Origin: a virus
Lineage: Duplodnaviria > Caudoviricetes
Length of the DNA stretch: 64,000 nt
Virus record (IMG/VR): IMGVR_UViG_3300046733_000629
Direction: 5' to 3' (one strand)
The notes below the pieces were generated by a model, which was not told where the DNA came from, did no database searches, and worked only from the letters and a program-made list of their open reading frames with translations. Positions 46,219-53,832 of the stretch are shown piece by piece; the first letter of the stretch is position 1; the number at the start of each line of letters is the position of its first letter. A program made the position numbers and the translations under genes.

Positions 46219-47371
46219 TTTTAAATACAGAAAGGAATGGAGTTTCTTTGAGTATCGTTATAGACAAGAACGATTAAATAAAGATATTCTTTCTCCTAGT
46301 AACGATACAACATTAACCAAAGTAATAGTAGAAGACCCAGGTGAATACAGCTTACACGAGTTTGTTCCCTTTCCTGGTCAAAGTTGTATTGTTATGATTA
46401 CTAGTCCGTTTAAAAATACAAAGTGGACAATAGACAACAATGACTATAGAGCAAGGTGTTATACTAAAGTAGTATTTGATAGTCCACGTAACGTTATGTT
46501 TACAAAGTATTGCAACAACAAAGAAGAAATGTTTATTATACAAGGTAACTGGCATAACATAGAAACAGTAGAGCCTAGAGCATTTTATAAAAGTTGGACC
46601 ACAGAGAAACGTGTACAACAACTAATTAATAAACCAAAGCCAAGTTACATAAAAGAGTATGGTGGCTTCCACAGTATAGTAGACAACGATTCAGAAACTA
46701 CTATTGTTAACATGACAGATGCTGGTTGGTGGTTCCAAGATCAAAGTTATACTCCTTGGTACAATCCTTATGTACTAAGTTGGCGTAAAGCAAATATGAA
46801 TGTATTAAGTTGGAGAACACCTGTAACAGCAGGGTTTGCATTTGGCTTTGAACAAAGTCCAAAAGAAACTGCTAAAAAGCATGCTAAACTAATTAAAGAA
46901 CATTTCCCTAAGACAAAGAAAGTTGTATACTTTGGACAGTGCTTGGGCAGTAGTAAAGCTATCAGTACAGCAATAGAGTTTGGTGCTGATAAGTTATATA
47001 CTACAAGTACATTCTTTGATCCAATATATCATAGAAGCTATAACTTATTGAAGTTAAGTGGACACAAGAGTATAGATGCATTAACTACTATTGACAAAGC
47101 CAAACACTTACCAGACACTAAGCTATTGTACAAGAGCATGGATGCAGAAGAAACAAGTGAGTATGGAAGATTCCAATACAACGTAGGTCCCAAAGATGAA
47201 ATCAAACATCATGTTGTTAGATACTTGGATGTATGGGCGCCTGTGTTAAGCACAGAGTCTTATGGAATATTTCAATTCTTAGATAACGATAACAAGTTAC
47301 CTGACACTGAAGTAGATTTAAATTTTAAAGAAAGTAAAAGTCTTAGATACCGTATTGATACACACGGATAA
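46205..47371 (+). CDS. Alpha/beta-hydrolase-like protein with a Cys nucleophile elbow
   Basis: KKVVYFGQCLGSSKAI (G-x-C-x-G) in the C-terminal half, late His (KHH). Confidence 0.45.
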   Translation: MKIIDFKYRKEWSFFEYRYRQERLNKDILSPSNDTTLTKVIVEDPGEYSLHEFVPFPGQSCIVMITSPFKNTKWTIDNNDYRARCYTKVVFDSPRNVMFTKYCNNKEEMFIIQGNWHNIETVEPRAFYKSWTTEKRVQQLINKPKPSYIKEYGGFHSIVDNDSETTIVNMTDAGWWFQDQSYTPWYNPYVLSWRKANMNVLSWRTPVTAGFAFGFEQSPKETAKKHAKLIKEHFPKTKKVVYFGQCLGSSKAISTAIEFGADKLYTTSTFFDPIYHRSYNLLKLSGHKSIDALTTIDKAKHLPDTKLLYKSMDAEETSEYGRFQYNVGPKDEIKHHVVRYLDVWAPVLSTESYGIFQFLDNDNKLPDTEVDLNFKESKSLRYRIDTHG

Positions 47372-47402
47372 AAAAATTGCTGATGCATTCCTACACCAGC
47401 AA
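47370..47402 (-). terminator. Intrinsic terminator
   Basis: Minus strand UUGCUGGUG-UAGGAAUG-CAUCAGCAA 9-bp stem followed by a 7-U run. Confidence 0.75.
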
Positions 47403-47426
47403 CCTTAATTAAATTATTATAAATTA

Positions 47427-47741
47427 TTATGCAGTTTCTGTAATAGTAACTGTATAACCTGCGGCTTCCATTGCTGCTTTTACTGTAGCGGTGTTAGCTG
47501 AATGAGTTTGGTATTCTGTCCAACCTGCATCAGTCCATACACGTGCAATAGTAATTGTGTCTGCATCTTTGTCGTATGTACGAGTAACAGCAACATTTCC
47601 TGCTGTTTCTGCTGCGCCTACGAATTCAAATACTGCTTGTTCTTCTTGATTCATAACATTTAATACTTCAATCATTGGAAGATGAAAATGTGCTGCTGCG
47701 TATTTGCTTTTGATTCCTGAGATTACAATTGTTTGGTTCAT
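47427..47741 (-). CDS. Small Ala/Thr-rich protein (104 aa)
   Basis: AAGGAGA SD, own terminator, codon usage like the head genes. Confidence 0.75.
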   Translation of the reverse strand: MNQTIVISGIKSKYAAAHFHLPMIEVLNVMNQEEQAVFEFVGAAETAGNVAVTRTYDKDADTITIARVWTDAGWTEYQTHSANTATVKAAMEAAGYTVTITETA

Positions 47742-47754
47742 GATGTTGTCTCCT

Positions 47755-48336
47755 TTATATACTACTATTTATGTCAAAGCAACCTAAAATAGCATAACGA
47801 TCGTCTAAACTATCATTTATCACTCTGTGATACCAGTTGCTGTTTATATACCATATCTCACCTGGACCCATTTGTTGAGATACTATCTTACCCTTAACAT
47901 CAAATTGTACGTTATGTGATCCACGTACAACTATTATAAACCTATCACCTGTTGGTGGATCCATATGCCAATCCAATACTTCGCCTCCGTTGAGTTTAGC
48001 CCAACGCATACGATATGTATTACCTATTGTTGATTGAATATCATTTACCAACAATTGGTATTCGGGATATATTAAATTGTAGTCTGTGGTTTCCGGTTCG
48101 GGGTTTGTGGTGTACTGTATGTTACTATGGTTATAGGATTGTAGTTTGCTAACATCGTAATCTATTCCATTAGTGGTTCGTAGTTCCAATGTGTCTTGCA
48201 AACTCCAATTGTCGGCATGAACTATATAGTCCAAGCACTTGGCAGGGTCTACAGTTCCTAGAAACCTAACCAAAGGATTTTGTTTACGTAATTGTATAGT
48301 CTTTCTTTTTGTATAAATACTATTAGAATTGCTCAT
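47755..48336 (-). CDS. 2OG-Fe(II) oxygenase, aspartyl/asparaginyl beta-hydroxylase-like
   Basis: RMRWAKL.GG..LDWHMD (HxD), GEIWYINSNWYHRVIN (distal His), DRYAI; start moved to MSNSN, 5 nt after ATAAATA. Confidence 0.82.
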   Translation of the reverse strand: MSNSNSIYTKRKTIQLRKQNPLVRFLGTVDPAKCLDYIVHADNWSLQDTLELRTTNGIDYDVSKLQSYNHSNIQYTTNPEPETTDYNLIYPEYQLLVNDIQSTIGNTYRMRWAKLNGGEVLDWHMDPPTGDRFIIVVRGSHNVQFDVKGKIVSQQMGPGEIWYINSNWYHRVINDSLDDRYAILGCFDINSSI

Positions 48337-48365
48337 ACGAGTATTTATCAGGTAAAAAAACAAAT

Positions 48366-49283
48366 ATGAATTATTATGAACTAGAACCGGAAAACAATCA
48401 TTTCCATGATGTTATTATTGATGTAACACATCAGTGCAACATGAACTGCAAAAACTGCTACATACCCAACAGAGATATCCCAGATATGGACATAGACAAG
48501 ATGTTGGATGCTATTGCCAGGTTTCCTAAACGTTGTAACATACGTATTATAGGTGCAGAACCCACAGTGCGTAATGATTTACCAGAGATATGTCGTGCTA
48601 TCAAAGCTAGTGGACATAGACAAATACTATTGACAAATGGATTACGATTAGGTAACAACGCTTATGCACAAAAACTACGTGCTAGTGGATGTAATCATGT
48701 GTATCTAAGTTTAAATGGAGTTGATAATGATGACTGGTATGAGGAAATAGACGAGCTTCGTTGTGCTAAACGCAAGCTACAAGCACTAGATAACCTACAA
48801 AAGAATCGTTTTATTATACAAACAGGTACTATTATTGTACAAGGAGTAAACGAAACTGCTCCAGAAAGACTGTTACACACACTCAAACGCTATGATGTAA
48901 CCAATGCAGTGATACGAATCAAGAACGTAGGACAGCTAGGCCGTCATATGAATGGTGTAGAAGACAATATAAAGATGGAAGGACTCATGCAATTGTGCAG
49001 TGATCAAATGAATGTAAGCATGGATTACTTGCGAGAATGGCGAACCAAGCCAATTGTTGATACACTAGATCCAGAATTAAACAGTTTTATGTTTCCATTA
49101 GATCCTGCTAGTGCAGATAAACCTATTAATCGTAGTGGGTTATGGGTTAAAATAGCTAATTGGGATACTGAGAACGAAGAACAAATCCCTAGTCCAAACA
49201 GCGAAAGACGTGGTAGACTAACAGAAGACTTTAAAGTAGCTCCGTTTTTCGAACATGTTAAAATGAACGAAGGCGGATACTAA
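48366..49283 (+). CDS. Radical SAM enzyme (MoaA/PqqE-like core, no SPASM domain)
   Basis: DVTHQCNMNCKNCY, IIGAEPT, LLTNGLRL, VYLSLNG. Confidence 0.9.
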   Translation: MNYYELEPENNHFHDVIIDVTHQCNMNCKNCYIPNRDIPDMDIDKMLDAIARFPKRCNIRIIGAEPTVRNDLPEICRAIKASGHRQILLTNGLRLGNNAYAQKLRASGCNHVYLSLNGVDNDDWYEEIDELRCAKRKLQALDNLQKNRFIIQTGTIIVQGVNETAPERLLHTLKRYDVTNAVIRIKNVGQLGRHMNGVEDNIKMEGLMQLCSDQMNVSMDYLREWRTKPIVDTLDPELNSFMFPLDPASADKPINRSGLWVKIANWDTENEEQIPSPNSERRGRLTEDFKVAPFFEHVKMNEGGY

Positions 49284-49310
49284 GTTAAAGCCTCCCTATA
49301 TAATCAATTA

Positions 49311-49601
49311 TTAGTCTGCTATATCAACAGTAACAGTGTTGTCACCGTCTGCTGGAAATCCGTCTGAATCTTTTTCATTGTTGTTGTATCTTGGTGCTCC
49401 TGCTGCCCAAGCATCATATGTTGCTTGATCTGCAAAAGTAATAGTTCTAGTCACTGAGCTCGGTGTTGCTAGAGCGTATACCCAAGTAACGCCATCAATG
49501 AATCCACTGGTTGGAGCATCATATGCTTCGCACCATGCTTCAGCTGAATCAAATGTTCTACCATCTGTTGCAGTCATTGTTTGTACTTTAGTTATAGCCA
49601 T
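49311..49601 (-). CDS. Small acidic Ala/Thr/Asp-rich protein (96 aa)
   Basis: Late promoter ATAAATA near 49641-49647 (-), AAGGAGA SD. Confidence 0.75.
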   Translation of the reverse strand: MAITKVQTMTATDGRTFDSAEAWCEAYDAPTSGFIDGVTWVYALATPSSVTRTITFADQATYDAWAAGAPRYNNNEKDSDGFPADGDNTVTVDIAD

Positions 49602-49839
49602 CGTTGGTTCTCCTTAAGGCAACCTTATTGGTTGTGTATGTATTTATCCGACAGTAGTGGTTTTTTTGCTAGTGTAATAACCCTAGACTACAGCGAAGCT
49701 CTGCTTAAAAAATTTTTAGACCCCTTATAGTACGCTTTACAGTACAAAGACCTACTGTGGGTGTGACAATGATTTATGGTAGCATATATAGTCTTGATAA
49801 TGCAGTAAATGGTTCTTAAATGACTAGTACTAGTATGTG

Positions 49840-50241
49840 TTACAGTGACAGTAGATAACGTTTGTATTCATCTAAACTCATTGATTCCTTAAACAGTCGC
49901 GGATACCAATCGCTTATGTAAGTCCAACTATCTCGCAGTCTATCTTCCGAAGGTATTGTATCCCAACTAAAGTCACGCATTAGTGACAGTGCAACCCTGT
50001 GATCTAAACCGCATAGTGGACTGTATACTACACGTTCTAACTGATATCCAAAGTCATCACAACATAACTGATAGTCTTGCGGCGCACTTACGCTAAAGTC
50101 ATGTACAGCATACACAGGTAATGAATCCAAAAGAACTCCTTTATACTGTACAAGTATATCGTCGTAACTTCCAGCATCAGTAGCAGACGACAACCCTAGT
50201 ATTAAGTTGTGTATGCAGTCATGTCCTAGTATGTGTATCAT
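49840..50241 (-). CDS. Hypothetical protein (133 aa)
   Basis: TATAAATA late promoter 6 nt before the ATG; plausible composition. Confidence 0.6.
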   Translation of the reverse strand: MIHILGHDCIHNLILGLSSATDAGSYDDILVQYKGVLLDSLPVYAVHDFSVSAPQDYQLCCDDFGYQLERVVYSPLCGLDHRVALSLMRDFSWDTIPSEDRLRDSWTYISDWYPRLFKESMSLDEYKRYLLSL

Positions 50242-50575
50242 ATAGCGTATTTATAGTATAGAGGTGGTATATAGCAAACTTGGTAAAAAAATGCTAGCAA
50301 AAAAATTTACTATACAAACTGACGGTGAGACCCAAAGTTTTACACTGTACACGTATAGTATAGACTATAGTAGTAGTAACTGTAACTCAAGGTCTAAGCA
50401 TATCCCTTGTACGCACAGTGCAAGCACAATGCGTTGTGGTTTTCCCTAGTGGATATAATGAGAAATGGTTTGTAGCAGATCTGAGAAAAAATTGAGATTT
50501 TTGTTGGGCGCCACTCAAAATTTTCACCAGACCACAGCTGCACCATTAGACAACCGTGATCTAGCCAGTGAAAAA

Positions 50576-50743
50576 TTATTCTGATTTAATTAATTTTAAT
50601 GCACTTTTTGGTAGTCTATAAGTGCTACCTGGGCATTCAAACACAGTAACCCAGACACCTTCAACTCTGGTTACTGTTCCTGTTATGCTTCTACCTGCAG
50701 TGTTAGTGAACTGTACACTACTATGCTCTTTAATAGCGGCCAT
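50576..50743 (-). CDS. Small SH3/KOW-like beta-barrel protein (55 aa), not in the ORF track
   Basis: MAAIKEHSSVQFTNTAGRSITGTVTRVEGVWVTVFECPGSTYRLPKSALKLIKSE; AAGGAGA SD; similar to the C-terminal half of 50752-51024. Confidence 0.65.
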   Translation of the reverse strand: MAAIKEHSSVQFTNTAGRSITGTVTRVEGVWVTVFECPGSTYRLPKSALKLIKSE

Positions 50744-50751
50744 ACTTCTCC

Positions 50752-51024
50752 TTATACTATAGTTAACATATGTGCTGGCACCTTCCAGTTACCTATAGAG
50801 GTCTCTACAGTAACATTCTTGATAGCCTTCTTACGCACAGTACCTTGTACTACTGTACCATTACGTTGTGTGAACTCTACTACATCTCCTATAGCAATAG
50901 TACGCAATTGTGTACGGCTTACATAGCTTCTACGCAGTGCTACTTCTTCCATGATGTGTACTAGCTCATCCTGGTTCATAGTTCTGATGTGATTAACAGT
51001 ATCATTCATTGTGTTTACAGTCAT
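50752..51024 (-). CDS. Early hypothetical protein with an SH3/KOW-like C-terminus
   Basis: IGDVVEF...GTV......VTV....WKVP..ML; AAGGAG SD; perfect sigma70 promoter upstream. Confidence 0.75.
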   Translation of the reverse strand: MTVNTMNDTVNHIRTMNQDELVHIMEEVALRRSYVSRTQLRTIAIGDVVEFTQRNGTVVQGTVRKKAIKNVTVETSIGNWKVPAHMLTIV

Positions 51025-51056
51025 AGCGTGTACTCCTTTATTGTTTAATATACTAT

Positions 51057-51085
51057 ATTATAGCATAAGATGTCTTGGTTGTCAA
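51057..51085 (-). promoter_or_regulatory. Early sigma70 promoter
   Basis: TTGACA-17 nt-TATAAT, perfect consensus. Confidence 0.85.
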
Positions 51086-51103
51086 CCCCTTATTCATAGG
51101 TAA

Positions 51104-51133
51104 GCCCCACAACACGGTTAAACATTGTGAGGC
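51104..51133 (-). terminator. Terminator-like hairpin
   Basis: GCCUCACAA/UUGUGGGGC 9-bp stem (one G.U on the minus strand); weak U tract. Confidence 0.4.
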
Positions 51134-51223
51134 TCGTATAGTTAGTTAAGGAGTCAACCCATAACACTTGGATTGCTAACCGTTAGTTGTACTGAGGCGA
51201 TCTAGCCAACCCCTCGATTGTAC

Positions 51224-51430
51224 TTATTTTGCGTCCTGATCTGGCAACGTAGGGGCTTTAACACGGCTGCGATTCCGTGTCCATTGGCCTTGAGGAATGT
51301 CCTCTGTACGTGCTCCAGGTTCGCATACGGTGATAACACCACCGCGGGCTAGATATTCTGCTACAGATTCACTAACATTTTCAATGCTTTGAATCTTTGT
51401 TTTTGATTTCTTTTTTGGTAATTGTTTCAT
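51224..51430 (-). CDS. Small hypothetical protein (68 aa)
   Basis: VAEYLARGGVITVCEPG motif typical of small phage proteins; coupled to the upstream gene. Confidence 0.65.
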   Translation of the reverse strand: MKQLPKKKSKTKIQSIENVSESVAEYLARGGVITVCEPGARTEDIPQGQWTRNRSRVKAPTLPDQDAK

Positions 51431-51431
51431 A

Positions 51432-51755
51432 TTATGATCCTACTGTTAGGTCAAAGGTTTTTGATACTGGATCGAATTCTAATTGCTCTACATATACACC
51501 GTGATATCCACAACTATACATTAGGTGACCTGCGGCCGCTAGGGCCTCACTTGTGTTGATCTTACCGTCTACTACGCTAACAGGAAGGTCGCTTTCCCAA
51601 TTAAGGAATACATAATCTTGCTTGGGAGGCCATTCATTGTTGTCGGCCGCACGGTAATCAAACATGTCTGTTCGCATCTTATACACACCATCAGGCGCTG
51701 ACGTTGAATCTGATTCACAATCCCAAACCATATTCTCTACAATCTGTACACTCAT
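51432..51755 (-). CDS. Early hypothetical protein (107 aa)
   Basis: AGGAGA SD and a sigma70 promoter upstream. Confidence 0.7.
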   Translation of the reverse strand: MSVQIVENMVWDCESDSTSAPDGVYKMRTDMFDYRAADNNEWPPKQDYVFLNWESDLPVSVVDGKINTSEALAAAGHLMYSCGYHGVYVEQLEFDPVSKTFDLTVGS

Positions 51756-51791
51756 AGACGTTCTCCTAAACTTTTTATTAACTATACACTT

Positions 51792-51820
51792 ACTATACTA
51801 TATCTATTTCGCTTTGTCAA
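51792..51820 (-). promoter_or_regulatory. Early sigma70 promoter
   Basis: TTGACA-17 nt-TATAGT; shares 16 identical nt around the -35 box with the promoter at 52119-52147. Confidence 0.75.
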
Positions 51821-51833
51821 CCGAAATAGTACA

Positions 51834-52025
51834 TTATTGTGCAGGATGACCCAGGAATAATTCGCTCCAAACCATATCAAGTGTTTCGAATATAGCGTCT
51901 TGATTGTGTACAAGCACATCCAAATTTTGATTGATACAGTATAACAAACTAACCATAGCTACCATCCACGATACCAGTGCGATCACCAATACAGTATAAG
52001 CAGTATTTGTTATGATATTATTCAT
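51834..52025 (-). CDS. Small membrane protein (63 aa)
   Basis: One hydrophobic segment YTVLVIALVSWMVAMVSLLY; GGAGA SD. Confidence 0.6.
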   Translation of the reverse strand: MNNIITNTAYTVLVIALVSWMVAMVSLLYCINQNLDVLVHNQDAIFETLDMVWSELFLGHPAQ

Positions 52026-52049
52026 CTTTTTCTCCAAATCGTCGGCCCT

Positions 52050-52112
52050 TTAGTTGACTATCCACCATAGAATAATCCATGCAATAAAGAACCAAATGAT
52101 CTTCTTTAACAT
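52050..52112 (-). CDS. 20-aa hydrophobic micro-peptide
   Basis: MLKKIIWFFIAWIILWWIVN; ATG 6 nt downstream of the -10 box of a sigma70 promoter. Confidence 0.45.
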   Translation of the reverse strand: MLKKIIWFFIAWIILWWIVN

Positions 52113-52118
52113 ATGTAT

Positions 52119-52147
52119 AATATAACACTATTCCACCCCTTTGTCAA
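52119..52147 (-). promoter_or_regulatory. Early sigma70 promoter
   Basis: TTGACA-17 nt-TATATT. Confidence 0.7.
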
Positions 52148-52319
52148 CCGAAATATCTTGGTATTTGAATAACAAATGTTCAGGTATATCTAACCCATTA
52201 TACTGATAATAATAACGTAACACAGTATTACGGTTATGTGATATAATCAATACATTACCATCCTTGTATAGCGTATAGTAGTTACCACAATCTCTTATAG
52301 TATAGTGTGTATTATCCAT
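52128..52319 (-). CDS. Small hypothetical protein (63 aa)
   Basis: MDNTHYTIRDCGNYYTLYKDG...; TAAATA box 5 nt before the ATG. Confidence 0.55.
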   Translation of the reverse strand: MDNTHYTIRDCGNYYTLYKDGNVLIISHNRNTVLRYYYQYNGLDIPEHLLFKYQDISVDKGVE

Positions 52320-52368
52320 ACTACTATTTAACAAAATACCGTGTATATAGGCTGTTTTAGACGTAGTA

Positions 52369-53050
52369 GGGAATAGGTATTCCCTTATAGTATACTTACA
52401 CTAAGAAGTTCATGAAACACCTTAGAAAACCACTGTAAGTCACTGATACTGTTGACTTATTTGAGCCATAACCATGCCTTTAGAACCGTATGACGCGATA
52501 TATGGGTGATTTCACCACCATTATCTTTTAATCGAGCCCTTCAATCACCACGGTTTTAGAAAAATTTACCACTATTCTGCACTATGCTAAAGGGAACCGG
52601 TATTCCCCCGAATCTGCGTATACGCAAGCTACTACGGTGTCGGCCGGCTACTATGCTAGTACTACTAGGGTTATTGTTACACACGCTAGTACTACTATAC
52701 GCTATACTACTATATGCATCTATACTACACGCTAGTTCAAGTTCACTACTGTATACGCTAATAATATAGGTTGACAGATCACTCAAGTATAGTAGTATGT
52801 ACGACTGGGCTGTAATAAAGGTTATAGTATCTATATCCGTAACAGTAGTAATGCGTAAGCAACACATGCCTAGATATATTTTATAAAGCGAGTAGAGGTA
52901 GGCTCGCACAACATAGGTACTGGTCTATGTACACTTTATTATCAGTATGTAACAACGCTCTGGGCTTACACGGAACGTTATTGAGGAAAGTTACTCCACA
53001 CGCTAGCAACAGAGGTTGTAAAAAAATTTGTTGCAGAGCTCCGCTAGGTA
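52369..53050. repeat. Non-coding cluster of palindromes and short direct repeats
   Basis: GGGAATAGGTATTCCC (52369) and GGGAACCGGTATTCCC (52592); TGCGTATACGCA (52615); GCTAGTACTACTA x2 (52655, 52685); ACACGCTAG x3 (52681, 52727, 52998); TATACGCTA x2 (52696, 52752). Confidence 0.7.
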
Positions 53051-53140
53051 TCTTGTTAGAGTAATAAACTAGCAAAAATCACCTGTGAAAACAGTTAAGT
53101 TGTGGTTAATTAGTCTGGGTTTTATTGGGTTATTTAGAGG

Positions 53141-53169
53141 TTGACAAGCAAGACGTCTTATCGTATACT
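53141..53169 (+). promoter_or_regulatory. Early sigma70 promoter
   Basis: TTGACA-17 nt-TATACT; spacer nearly identical to that of the promoter at 51057-51085. Confidence 0.82.
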
Positions 53170-53203
53170 GTAAGTATAGTTAATAACAAATAGGAGATAC
53201 AAC

Positions 53204-53530
53204 ATGGATAAATTTATTAAAGAAGATTTCAATTACGATGGTATGTACTTAACCTATGGAACTGATAGAAAGTTTGTAGCTAGATTCAAATACATCAAGT
53301 TTTGTGCTAGTTTTAAGAGCTTTTTAATTAAAAACTTTACACAGAGTGAATACTTTTCAGCTTATGATTCAGGTACTAGTCCATTGGATATACTAGAAAG
53401 CAAGGGGTTTATGACTCCACAAGCCAAGAAGTTGTGTAAACAAAATGGTATGACAGCTACACAAGAAAACTATAAGATATGTTTACATGCACAGTTTAAA
53501 GCATGGGAAACTAGTAGGGAGGCGGCGTAA
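53204..53530 (+). CDS. Early hypothetical protein (108 aa)
   Basis: AGGAGA SD; RKFVARFKY...FK.FLIKNFT..EYF..Y..G.SPL.ILESKG. Confidence 0.75.
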   Translation: MDKFIKEDFNYDGMYLTYGTDRKFVARFKYIKFCASFKSFLIKNFTQSEYFSAYDSGTSPLDILESKGFMTPQAKKLCKQNGMTATQENYKICLHAQFKAWETSREAA

Positions 53531-53531
53531 C

Positions 53532-53738
53532 ATGGGAATGTACAGTTTAATCGAAGATAATGTTGAGAAGTTCTACAGCATTGCAGAAGAATCAGTGGGT
53601 GAATGCGAACACCTTAATCAGTTTATAGCTAAGATGAAACCACACACCAATCTGCTACAAGGAAGCGGAGATGAAGATCATTTTGAAGATCTTTGCTATG
53701 AGATGTGGAACGAAAAGTGGAGCAAATACAATGCTTGA
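53532..53738 (+). CDS. Hypothetical protein (68 aa)
   Basis: Start MGMYSL after GGAGG. Confidence 0.6.
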   Translation: MGMYSLIEDNVEKFYSIAEESVGECEHLNQFIAKMKPHTNLLQGSGDEDHFEDLCYEMWNEKWSKYNA

Positions 53739-53829
53739 TTTTATTGCAGAGATAGCACTAAGAGCGGCCGTTGCAGTAGCGATTCTATTTGCAATAGGTT
53801 TCGTTATTAGTTTATTCAGTGGATTCTAA
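53731..53829 (+). CDS. Small membrane peptide (32 aa)
   Basis: MLDFIAEIALRAAVAVAILFAIGFVISLFSGF; coupled start. Confidence 0.5.
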   Translation: MLDFIAEIALRAAVAVAILFAIGFVISLFSGF

Positions 53830-53832
53830 ACA

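Noticed and set aside
50643-50677. 9-bp hairpin ACAGTAACC/GGTTACTGT
   Set aside because: Lies inside the 55-aa SH3-like CDS (encodes GTVTRVEGVWVTV); no independent evidence of an RNA function.
50264-53075. ORFs 50264-50449, 52556-52909, 52584-52769 and 52881-53075
   Set aside because: No SD or promoter context, and their composition merely reflects the TAG/CTA repeats; treated as non-coding.
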